Virus record (IMG/VR): IMGVR_UViG_3300032219_000695
Location: 1 to 24,382 of that record
Direction: 5' to 3' (one strand)
From: a virus
Taxonomy: Duplodnaviria; Caudoviricetes
Length of the DNA: 24,382 bases
A program made the position numbers and the translations under genes. The notes under the pieces are model-generated. The model saw nothing but the letters and a program-made list of their open reading frames with translations, searched no databases and was not told the origin of the DNA. Shown one piece after another: positions 1 through 8,474 of this stretch. The number at the start of each line of letters is the position of its first letter. Positions within the stretch are counted from its first letter, which is position 1.

Positions 1-171
1 AACAAGACTGTATGCGTAGCCTCTTTTGTGCGTCTCTTTCAAATCCTCCAGCGTCTTTTGGCACGTGGCCTCATCTGGAAGAACTGTGATTGGCATGAAG
101 TACAGGACCTTTGCTGATTGGACATCGAGCATCCAAGCAATCAAGACCACCTTCAAGGTGATCGGGTCCAT
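1..171 (-). CDS. Hypothetical small protein with hydrophobic N-terminus (partial, runs off left edge)
   Basis: Not in the ORF track. ATG at 169-171 overlaps the upstream TGA (TGATG). The frame is open to base 1: MDPITLKVVLIAWMLDVQSAKVLYFMPITVLPDEATCQKTLEDLKETHKRGYAYSLV. Confidence 0.7.
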   Translation of the reverse strand, partial: MDPITLKVVLIAWMLDVQSAKVLYFMPITVLPDEATCQKTLEDLKETHKRGYAYSLV

Positions 172-647
172 CACTTCACCTTCTGTTCAAGGAGATGGAT
201 TCGCTTATCCAATTCGCCCCTGATTTTTTCTAGGTCAAACCGGATAGCAGCACGGGCTTGGGCAGCATCGGCAGCCATATCAAGACGACTCTTATCGACC
301 AGCGCCATAGACCTTTCACGGTCCAATGTCATTGCTGCACGGGCCAAGGCTGCGTCACGCTCAACCTTGTCGATCTTATCGTTCAACTGCTCCCTGATCT
401 GGGCCATATCAATCGTCGTGCCTTGCGGCGGGATTGCTTTGTTGTCGGCGTTAACCACCACAGCGATCTTGGACTTGAGCTGGATGATCTCATTGTTCGC
501 AGTAGACAAAGCGTTCATAAGATAAACGACGCAAGAGAACAGAATCGGAATACCAGCAAACGTGATCTTCTCAACTAGCGCGCCCTTGCTGGCGTTGGCC
601 GCCATTTCAAGTGCGATCTTTTCTTGCTTCTCTTCTGTCGTGCTCAT
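171..647 (-). CDS. Membrane-anchored coiled-coil phage protein (158 aa)
   Basis: ATGA overlap with the large upstream gene. One hydrophobic segment (ITFAGIPILFSCVVYLM) is followed by a heptad-rich region. Function unknown; possibly the start of a lysis module. Confidence 0.75.
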   Translation of the reverse strand: MSTTEEKQEKIALEMAANASKGALVEKITFAGIPILFSCVVYLMNALSTANNEIIQLKSKIAVVVNADNKAIPPQGTTIDMAQIREQLNDKIDKVERDAALARAAMTLDRERSMALVDKSRLDMAADAAQARAAIRFDLEKIRGELDKRIHLLEQKVK

Positions 648-3600
648 CGCGTAACCCCAGCCCTTTCAGCGGTCATAACCATTTGTTCTGACAGTCGGCC
701 TTTGGCCAAGCGCAACTGTTCGAGAAGTTCCGTCTTCTTGTCCGCTTCAAAGTTTGGGTTGCTGCGGATGATCTCCATCTGACGATTGATCTGGGACAAA
801 CGAGCAGCAGCAGCGTTGAACGCAGTGTACAGACCTCTGGCCTGAGGCATTTCAGCCAAGCGTTCACGAACGGTTTCCATGTCGCTTCGTTCTGCCGCGC
901 GGTTCATCGAGTTGACGTTCTCCGTGAGCTTCTGCTTGATCTCGTAGAAGTCGCCAACGAACTTGTTGTTCAACTGGCTTTCAGTCTTAAGGATCGAGGT
1001 CAGGCCGGAAAGGTTTCCGACAACGCCAGCAACACTTGTCGGGTCTCCAAAGATACCCTGCGGACGTGTGCCACCTGTGCTGACGAGGGAGTCAACCGTT
1101 CCAAGGAACAGGGTGGCCGACGTGCCGAGATAGCCGCGGATCAGAGTATCAACCTGTTTCGGGGACAGCCCAGTGTACGGAGCCAACTGCCCGGCAAGTT
1201 TTGCCACGCTGCTGGTGTACTCATCAAAGCGTTCTTCCTTAGGGTTGTTTTTATCCGCCAAGGTTTCGATAGCTTGACCTGTGTAGGAGTTCTTGTTGGC
1301 GATGAGTTCAGACAGCGGCTTGAAGGCCTGAGGAATAACCTCAAACAAGAACGTCTTCTTCATCATCTCCGCAGTACCCATGGCAATGTCGTTACCATTT
1401 TCCTTGCGGATCGAGTCGAGCATGAGTGTCGGCAGACCACCAAACAACTCACCGACTTCGTAAGCACGGGGAAGCATGACAACCGTGTCGCCGACTTTAA
1501 GGTACATGTTAGAGAGGCGTTCCTTCACGGACAGTCTCTTGTACCAATCCTCATCGCCGTACATCGCGTTGATGCCAGCGTTGATGATCGTAACCATCAG
1601 GCCGCGCGTGACGATAGCTGCCGGAATACCAATGACGCCCTTGCCAACGAGGCTCTTGGGTGCGCCTTCAGTTCCGGTCTCCAGCAGACGATAGAGGCCT
1701 TGGATACGCGCGGTAAGGAACGGGGTCAGAGGAATGAGGGTGGAGACGGCGTTGCCAAGCACCCCATTACCAGCACCGTGACGGTGGTAGTTAACGAGGT
1801 TGACTGCTTCCCACGAAGCATCAGCGTCTGACATGCCGCGGCGCTTGAGATAATTGTAGTAAGCGATACGTGGAGCCATTTCCGTGATTTCACCCAGACC
1901 TTCAAGCTTATCGAAGGCGCGGAGGAAATTGTTCCAAGCATTCAATGGCTTTTCACGGGACGTGTAGACGCGCTTCATGTAGTCGGCTTGGTTCTTGTAA
2001 CCAGAGCCAAAGCCGAAACCGCCGAAACCTGTCTGAGCGACAATGGTCCGATAAGCGTCGCCCTTGTTCCACGTATCAGTGACGCCAGCCATAAACCCAC
2101 GAATGATTTCAAAGACAGGCATGCCCGTCTTGATCTTCAATTCAACCAGACCACGGATCGTGTTGCGAAGCTGGAAGGGAGGGGTCGCTGTCACACCTGT
2201 ACGCAGGATGCCAGTGAAGTGAGAAGCCGCCCGCATGAAGGCGTTCTTCTCTTGCGGAGACAGAGCAGCGATTGCTTGGAACATCGCCTGATCATGAATG
2301 ACCATGTGCTTGTCTTGGCCGTTCACGCGGAACGAGATCGTTCCCTTAGCAGGCTGGTCAACAAGTTCTGCAATCGTCGTATCGCCACCATTCTGCATCA
2401 ACTGGGTCAGCGTGTTGGCGGTCTCTTGGTATGCGACGTTACGCACGGCTGCGCTAACAATGGAGTTGTAGTTGCGCAGGATGTTTTCGTAGAGGTCGGC
2501 ATGAACTGCGCCGCCACCACCGAGTGTCTGGGTAAAAGCGTTGATGCCTTCTGGGTTTTTGATGGCGTCGTAGATGTCGCCGCCCAGAGTGATGTTCGGG
2601 TTACGCTTCAGCTCTTCGTCCTGATAGCGGTACATCGGAGTGTACATCAGGGTCTTGAAGCGTTCGGCAAGGTTACGTGGGATGAGGCCTGTCTGAACAG
2701 ACATCTCCACCATCTTGTCGTTGAACTTCTGGAACTCCCTGCTTGCTTCAAGGATATCCTGATCAGCAGCGGCAACCACTCGGCGCAAGGCTTCACTGGA
2801 AACACGCTTTCCAGTTTTCTTATCCAGAATGTTCAAGCCACCCTGACCTTGGTTCGCCGCACGCAAAGCAAGTTCGCGCTGCGCAAGCATAACAAGCTGC
2901 GCTTGTTCCATCCTCTCGACGCCGATCTTCTCAAAGATCTTCATGAGAGACTTGTCTGACTTGGTGTCGTGGTAGAAGAACGACTTAGTAGCGGGGTTGT
3001 AACCCAGCGGGCCGATGCTGACGACACCCATCACGCGGCCAGTAGCGTTCTGGTGGCTTTCCAAGAACTTGCCGAGATTGCGTGTTTCCATCCGTTCAAG
3101 GAACGGAAGGTTGGACAGCACGGTGTTGCGCAGCAGGGCGCGGCCGAGAGTTTCCCCCGCATTGGCCCCAACGATGTTGCGGAACAGCTTGTTGAACCAG
3201 CCAGTGATCGAGTTGTCTTCACGCTGAACTACGAACAGGAGATCGCGCATTCCTTCCGGATACTTTTCAGCTTCCAGACGGGCCTTGCGCTGCTGCGGTG
3301 TTTCTTTAGCAATCGCCTCTTCTTTTGAGTCGAGGCCGATGATGCTGTTTGTAGACGTAGAGGTGTTGTCAAATGACGAAGACTCCCTGACTACCTTTTC
3401 GTAACCCGGAGTATTGTTAGCGATTTCTCGTGCGCGAGGAGTAGTGACGCGATTTCCGTAAATGTCGCGAAGAAGTTTTTGAAACGCGCCTTCCGTCGGC
3501 TTGACACCAAGCATCTTAGAAATCGTCTGGTACAGATTTCTGAGGTTGTCGAGAACGGACTTCTGAAACTTCTCAAAGGTGGTCTTTGGAACAAGGTTCT

Positions 3601-6088
3601 CAAGTTCCTTTGCCATCCAACGAGCGCCAGTTTCAGCAATCCATTCGCTAAAGGAGCGTTGGTAGTCCTCACCCACCACTGTTTTAGTAACTTCTTTACC
3701 CGCTTCAACGGGAACTTTTTTAGCGTCACTTTTTATAAAGGCTTCGTACTGCTCGCGCGTAAGACCAGCAGCCTTCAAGCTCTTTTCCATAAACGCTGGG
3801 TTGTTGACCTTACTTGGATTAAGCAGCGCCCGATAATGGAAAAAACGCTCCACGGACGAAATGTTTTTTTCTTTTGCGTATTGGTCAATGACGGATTGAA
3901 TTACGTCAGGGCTGGAGTTTGCAAGATGTGTGTATTCAATCGGATGAGAAAGCTCATGAAAAATGGTCTTCAATAGGTACGCCTTAGCGGATTCCGGGTC
4001 CGTCATTTTTTCGCGGATTCTATCCACGTCAAGACGAACAAGGAACTGGGGCTTGTCGGCTGGGGCGTAACCCATAGTTGTGTCAACATTTCCAAACGCT
4101 TTGGACACACGTTGAGCTTTGACCTGAACCCGAGTTCCCGGAAGAAATCCTTGGATCAAGGTCCGCATAACGCCTGACGATCCCGGAAGAGCTTCTTCCA
4201 GAATTTGCTCCACTCTGGGAGACATCCTGATTTGCGCACGATCCTGCTTAACCCCGGAAGGGACTCCGCCAAATCCAGAAGGCATGGGAGGAGGAGGCTT
4301 CGGTATGTACGGAGCCTTCTTTGGTTCGGCTGGGGTAGGGGCAGCCGGAGCAGTGGGAATGGGAGTAAGAACAATCGGGCCAGCGGGAGCCTTTGGAGCC
4401 ATATCAAGAATGGCTTGATAGATCTCTCCGGTAGAACGCATAAAGTCCACGGGCAACGGACCACCATTCTGCCCGTCGTTGATCGCAGCTTGAGCCAGAC
4501 CCCTCAGGTGATCACGAACACCTTTGCCAAAGGTCTTGATCATCGCGTCGTTAAACCCACGATCTTTTAGAAACTGGCGATACTTCTCATCGCTCGCTGA
4601 CTTTTTCGGTTGGCTTGTGATGTACAGAGCCTTGTCAATCCCATTAACAAACTGCGGATCGAACTGCGCAGTGCCAAACCCATACATAGGCCTTGCCCCA
4701 GCCAAAGGCTTTGGCAAATCAAAGACGGGAAGTTCTGCGGCCGGAGCCGGAGTAGGTGCGGGAGCCGGAGCCGGAGCCGGAGCCGGGGCAGGAGCCGGAG
4801 CCGGAGCCGGGGCAGGAGCAGGAGTTACACCTTCAGTCGGAGCCGGAGCAACACCCTCTACTGGAGTAGGGGCAGGAGTTACACCTTCGGCTGGAACCGT
4901 AGGAGCTTTCGGACCTTGGAGTTCTGGCGGACCCTGCTTCTCAGGTTCTGGACCAATAGGCTGCTGCGGACCCTGCGGCTCAAGTTCTGGACCAATAGGC
5001 TGCTGCGGACCCTGCTGCTCTGGCTCTGGACCTATGAATTGTTCCGGCCCCTGCTGCTCTGGCTCTGGACCTTTTTCCGTAACGGAGGGAGATCCCTTCT
5101 TTCCGAGGGCAACATTTGACACGCCGCCAACAACGCCGCCGACAATGGCCCCACGGATCGAGCTATCAAGAATCTCTTTCCAGTTTTCCGATGTGAAGAA
5201 CTCTTTGTTCTCGTCAACAAAAGAAATGGCGGCCTTCGTGACGGCTTCTTGCGCGCCTTCGGTGAGAGCTTCGGTAGGTGCGCCTTTGGCAAAGCCGAGA
5301 CCAAGGCGCTGCCCGATGGACCCAACCAATGCCTCTCTCGCAGGGCCAGAAAGCCTTCCGATAACTGCCGCCGGAAGGATTGATTCCAGCGCAGCACTAA
5401 TACCGCCAGAGATCAAAGACACCCCGAGTTCTTCTTTGCCAGTTTCCCTAAGGATAGCAGCATAGTCTGCTGGTATTGTCTGTGCGGCAGAGCCCGCGAA
5501 GAAGCCAGTAGTTAGGGCTCCACGACGTGCGGCAAGAGACGCGACAGCCGGAGCCACACGGCCTGCGGTGAGGCCTGCGCCTGCACCAGCGACAGCGCCC
5601 GCCGGACCACCAAGAAGGCCGCCAACAGCACCACCAGCAAGCCCCGTAGCTGCGCTTGCAGCAAGAGATGGAATACCTTCAGCAAGAGTCTCCACCCCAA
5701 AACGAAGTGCAGAAACCGGACCTTTTATGTCCTCAATGCTCTCAAATTCCCTTGGATATTTTTTGGGGATCTCCATCTCACTTTGCGTAGCTTCACGAAG
5801 CTGGCGCTCGGCAAATGAACCCGCAGCCCCAGCCACGCTCTCCGCTCCGAGAGCCTCGGCCCCACGTTGAACAGCGCGGGAGGCATATGCGGGGAGGTAG
5901 TCTCCGAGCCCAACACCCACATACGCACCGCCACGCTTCAAGGCGTCGCTGGCAAGTTGCCCAATGCCTCTCTGAGGAGGCGCGAATTGTGGGAACGCGG
6001 ATAGGATGCGCTTATAGGCGTCCGCTTGACTGACGTCATCGGGGACCTCAACGCGGTTTCCGTCGGGCAGCGAAACATAATAAGGCAT
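644..6088 (-). CDS. Large internal virion / polyvalent protein (1814 aa) with HExxH metallopeptidase-like motif and LPD38-like C-terminal region
   Basis: Gly/Ala-rich hydrophobic N-terminal region and Pro-rich linkers. HELSH at 3944-3958 is followed by SEWIAE. The C-terminal LPRAYEVGELFG...FKPLSELIANKNSYTGQAIE...SPKQVDTLIRGYLG resembles LPD38. It is the last and largest gene of the putative ejection block. Confidence 0.8.
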   Translation of the reverse strand: MPYYVSLPDGNRVEVPDDVSQADAYKRILSAFPQFAPPQRGIGQLASDALKRGGAYVGVGLGDYLPAYASRAVQRGAEALGAESVAGAAGSFAERQLREATQSEMEIPKKYPREFESIEDIKGPVSALRFGVETLAEGIPSLAASAATGLAGGAVGGLLGGPAGAVAGAGAGLTAGRVAPAVASLAARRGALTTGFFAGSAAQTIPADYAAILRETGKEELGVSLISGGISAALESILPAAVIGRLSGPAREALVGSIGQRLGLGFAKGAPTEALTEGAQEAVTKAAISFVDENKEFFTSENWKEILDSSIRGAIVGGVVGGVSNVALGKKGSPSVTEKGPEPEQQGPEQFIGPEPEQQGPQQPIGPELEPQGPQQPIGPEPEKQGPPELQGPKAPTVPAEGVTPAPTPVEGVAPAPTEGVTPAPAPAPAPAPAPAPAPAPAPAPTPAPAAELPVFDLPKPLAGARPMYGFGTAQFDPQFVNGIDKALYITSQPKKSASDEKYRQFLKDRGFNDAMIKTFGKGVRDHLRGLAQAAINDGQNGGPLPVDFMRSTGEIYQAILDMAPKAPAGPIVLTPIPTAPAAPTPAEPKKAPYIPKPPPPMPSGFGGVPSGVKQDRAQIRMSPRVEQILEEALPGSSGVMRTLIQGFLPGTRVQVKAQRVSKAFGNVDTTMGYAPADKPQFLVRLDVDRIREKMTDPESAKAYLLKTIFHELSHPIEYTHLANSSPDVIQSVIDQYAKEKNISSVERFFHYRALLNPSKVNNPAFMEKSLKAAGLTREQYEAFIKSDAKKVPVEAGKEVTKTVVGEDYQRSFSEWIAETGARWMAKELENLVPKTTFEKFQKSVLDNLRNLYQTISKMLGVKPTEGAFQKLLRDIYGNRVTTPRAREIANNTPGYEKVVRESSSFDNTSTSTNSIIGLDSKEEAIAKETPQQRKARLEAEKYPEGMRDLLFVVQREDNSITGWFNKLFRNIVGANAGETLGRALLRNTVLSNLPFLERMETRNLGKFLESHQNATGRVMGVVSIGPLGYNPATKSFFYHDTKSDKSLMKIFEKIGVERMEQAQLVMLAQRELALRAANQGQGGLNILDKKTGKRVSSEALRRVVAAADQDILEASREFQKFNDKMVEMSVQTGLIPRNLAERFKTLMYTPMYRYQDEELKRNPNITLGGDIYDAIKNPEGINAFTQTLGGGGAVHADLYENILRNYNSIVSAAVRNVAYQETANTLTQLMQNGGDTTIAELVDQPAKGTISFRVNGQDKHMVIHDQAMFQAIAALSPQEKNAFMRAASHFTGILRTGVTATPPFQLRNTIRGLVELKIKTGMPVFEIIRGFMAGVTDTWNKGDAYRTIVAQTGFGGFGFGSGYKNQADYMKRVYTSREKPLNAWNNFLRAFDKLEGLGEITEMAPRIAYYNYLKRRGMSDADASWEAVNLVNYHRHGAGNGVLGNAVSTLIPLTPFLTARIQGLYRLLETGTEGAPKSLVGKGVIGIPAAIVTRGLMVTIINAGINAMYGDEDWYKRLSVKERLSNMYLKVGDTVVMLPRAYEVGELFGGLPTLMLDSIRKENGNDIAMGTAEMMKKTFLFEVIPQAFKPLSELIANKNSYTGQAIETLADKNNPKEERFDEYTSSVAKLAGQLAPYTGLSPKQVDTLIRGYLGTSATLFLGTVDSLVSTGGTRPQGIFGDPTSVAGVVGNLSGLTSILKTESQLNNKFVGDFYEIKQKLTENVNSMNRAAERSDMETVRERLAEMPQARGLYTAFNAAAARLSQINRQMEIIRSNPNFEADKKTELLEQLRLAKGRLSEQMVMTAERAGVTR
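4740..4824 (-). repeat. Imperfect CCGGAG hexamer tandem repeat encoding a (Pro-Ala)n linker
   Basis: ccggag/gcagga units are directly visible; the protein reads PAPAPAPAPAPAPAPAPAPAPTPAPA. Confidence 0.9.
4915..5072 (-). repeat. About four 39-nt tandem repeats encoding GPEPEQQGPQQPI-like 13-aa units
   Basis: ttctggaccaataggctgctgcggaccctgc recurs 39 nt apart. Protein: GPEPEQQGPEQFI/GPEPEQQGPQQPI/GPELEPQGPQQPI/GPEPEKQGP. Confidence 0.85.
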
Positions 6089-6099
6089 TCTGTCACCGC

Positions 6100-7428
6100 T
6101 TATTTAGAACGGGGAAGTTCGTCGAGTTTAAAGGTCTGCGGCCCAGAGGGTTGCCCAGACCGTTCTCCCCTTTGCGTCAGCGTACTTGTTATGCTGCCAT
6201 ATAGGAATTGCGACAACCTACGAGCTTCTTCCGGACTAATAAGCGCGCCGGGAGTACCGCGGAGAGGATCCGCAGCAGCCGCCTTAAGAAGAGCCTCAGC
6301 ACGAGCCGGGGCTTCTTTTGTCTGCATGAAATCAAAGCCGCGTTTAGCTGACTCCACCAGTGTGTCGCGACCTTGGTCGGGTGTCCACCCCCCAAGAAGG
6401 GCGTAGGTCCGGACCGCTTCCGGATCCTTCTCAAGCTGGCGGTTGGCAAGATCAAGCTGGATAGCTTCGCGGCGACGCGCAGCGGCGTCTTCACGGCTTG
6501 CACGTTCCATAGCAGCGAAGGCCCCGATACCAGCCTGACCGCCTGCGCCAATGTTGGACAGGGCATTTGGACTGCGGCCCGCGGCCATAGCAAAGCCTGC
6601 CTGCATCAGAGCAAGAAGGGCGTTCTCGCGGCGTTCGGCTGCGCGTTCTGCCTTGATGTCGGAAAGAATCACCGACAAAGGCCCTTTTTCACGTTCACGG
6701 GCAGGGGCGGCAGGAGCCGGGGCCTCAACGGTCTGACGTTCCGCAGCGGAGGTAGGCATACGCGGCTCGTCCGCACGATCACGTTCAAGCAATGCCGCAA
6801 CAGAAGATGCTGCCGGAGGAATTGGCGGGGCAGGGATTGCGGCCTTGCGAACCTCTTCCCGATACTCACGGCGAATCTCAGGTTCCGCAGTCTCGCGCGG
6901 GGGTCCGGCTGGGATTTGGGAAAGTTGCTCCAAAGCACGGCGGCGAGACTCAGATTGGACGAGACCCGGAAGACCCGGTGCCTGAGGACGAACGGAAGTG
7001 TCGCGACCCATTTCAATAGTAGGACGATCCAGAATTGTGCGATCCTGCGGCTTGGGGCTACGAGCTTCCAAGTCGTCGATGTCAAAGGAACGAGCTCTTG
7101 CAGTAGCAAGCTTTCGCGCTTCCTCAGCCGCAAACGCCTCAGGGTCGGTGCGCTCAAGATAGGATGGCGGATTCCGATACCGCTGATTGCGCCAATCGTA
7201 TTGCGCGATGAGGGACCTAGCGAGACCGCCTTCTTGAAACGACTGAACAGGCTCCTGCATGGGCAGGCTAATCGACACTGTCGGCTGAAACAAGCTCCGC
7301 ATGGCTTGGGCGTTTTGGTCCGGAGTTGTGACCGAGCCAATGCCAAGGCCTACAGACGGCGCAACCGACGGTGCGGCTGGAGCCTGCTTCTGGAACATCG
7401 AGCGTTGAAGGACGGGATCGTTGGCCAT
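6100..7428 (-). CDS. Putative internal virion (DNA ejection) protein (442 aa)
   Basis: Lies between the pilot-like gene and the large internal protein. Largely disordered, with a hydrophobic LLALMQAGFAMAAG...IGAGGQAGIGAF segment and an FQEGG motif. Confidence 0.65.
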   Translation of the reverse strand: MANDPVLQRSMFQKQAPAAPSVAPSVGLGIGSVTTPDQNAQAMRSLFQPTVSISLPMQEPVQSFQEGGLARSLIAQYDWRNQRYRNPPSYLERTDPEAFAAEEARKLATARARSFDIDDLEARSPKPQDRTILDRPTIEMGRDTSVRPQAPGLPGLVQSESRRRALEQLSQIPAGPPRETAEPEIRREYREEVRKAAIPAPPIPPAASSVAALLERDRADEPRMPTSAAERQTVEAPAPAAPAREREKGPLSVILSDIKAERAAERRENALLALMQAGFAMAAGRSPNALSNIGAGGQAGIGAFAAMERASREDAAARRREAIQLDLANRQLEKDPEAVRTYALLGGWTPDQGRDTLVESAKRGFDFMQTKEAPARAEALLKAAAADPLRGTPGALISPEEARRLSQFLYGSITSTLTQRGERSGQPSGPQTFKLDELPRSK

Positions 7429-7431
7429 GTT

Positions 7432-8472
7432 TTAATTCTTCGTCAAGTTGTAAGCCGCGAGTCCGGCGGTGCCGAGACCAGCGACCTGTGAAACGATAGA
7501 CGGCGACGGGGCTGTCGTCTGGCTGATCGTCTGTTGCGACGACGGTGCGCCCTTGTAGATGTCGGACAGGAACGAGATACGCTGGAACGGCTCGTAGGAC
7601 TGTTGCAGAGCAGTTTGACGCGATGCGTCCAGTTCCTTCTGACGCTGTGCCTGCTGCTGCAATCCAATGTTGTAGAGGAACGAGACGTCGCCCTGCTGAA
7701 GGCCGGACTGCAATTGACCAAGGGCCGCGGTCTGTTGACCAAGCGTGCCGATACCAGCAGCACTAGCCTGCTGCAAACCGCCAGCCTGCGTCGCTCCCTG
7801 CAAACCAAGATTACCCGCACCGAGAGCGAGGTTACCCGCCGACTGAGCACGTGCCTGCTGGTTGGCGAAGGCGTTCATTGCAGCGTTCTGCGCTTGGCTG
7901 TAGTTGGCGAAGTAATCTTCCAAGACGCGCTTGGATTGGATGTCGGCAAGATTGCGACCAAGCTCGGCCCGTTGAACACCTTCACGGCTACCGCCGAAAG
8001 CGCCAGACTTAACGGCCTGTGCCGACAAACCCTGCTGTTGGATCTGAGCCTGACGGCCCATTTCCTCAACAGCCTTCTGGGTGACGGCTTCCTGATAGGG
8101 GTTCATGTAAGCAATGGCCGAGCGGGGATCGTAACCCTGCGCCCCAGCAATGCCGAGCATCGAGGCCAAACCGCCGTAGCTTGTGGCTGCTTCCATACCA
8201 GCCTGACCGTACTGGGGAAGACCGCCGTAGCCTTCAGCCGCTTTGGTGAAAGCCTGACCAGCAGCCTGCATGTACGGAGCATAGGAGCCAACGCCCTGAC
8301 CAGACAGTTCAAGGGCCTTGATCTGTTGAGGGGTCATCTCCGCCATTTTAAGGGCAGGAAGATCGACAGGGATTTCAGACCGCTCTTTGGCAAGCTTCAG
8401 AAGTCCAAGCTTATAGGCTTCGATATCTGGGGCTTCGCGGACTATCTGTTCTTGGATCGTAGTCTCGGCCAT
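7432..8472 (-). CDS. Putative DNA pilot / ejection protein (346 aa)
   Basis: Gln/Ala/Gly-rich helical protein with YMNPY, GAFGGSR and C-terminal SQVAGLGTAGLAAY motifs. These motifs are typical of podovirus-like ejection proteins. Confidence 0.7.
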   Translation of the reverse strand: MAETTIQEQIVREAPDIEAYKLGLLKLAKERSEIPVDLPALKMAEMTPQQIKALELSGQGVGSYAPYMQAAGQAFTKAAEGYGGLPQYGQAGMEAATSYGGLASMLGIAGAQGYDPRSAIAYMNPYQEAVTQKAVEEMGRQAQIQQQGLSAQAVKSGAFGGSREGVQRAELGRNLADIQSKRVLEDYFANYSQAQNAAMNAFANQQARAQSAGNLALGAGNLGLQGATQAGGLQQASAAGIGTLGQQTAALGQLQSGLQQGDVSFLYNIGLQQQAQRQKELDASRQTALQQSYEPFQRISFLSDIYKGAPSSQQTISQTTAPSPSIVSQVAGLGTAGLAAYNLTKN

Positions 8473-8474
8473 GG

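Noticed and set aside
4915-5072. 39-nt repeats as a CRISPR-like array
   Set aside because: They are in-frame tandem coding repeats with no unique spacers, and no cas genes are present.
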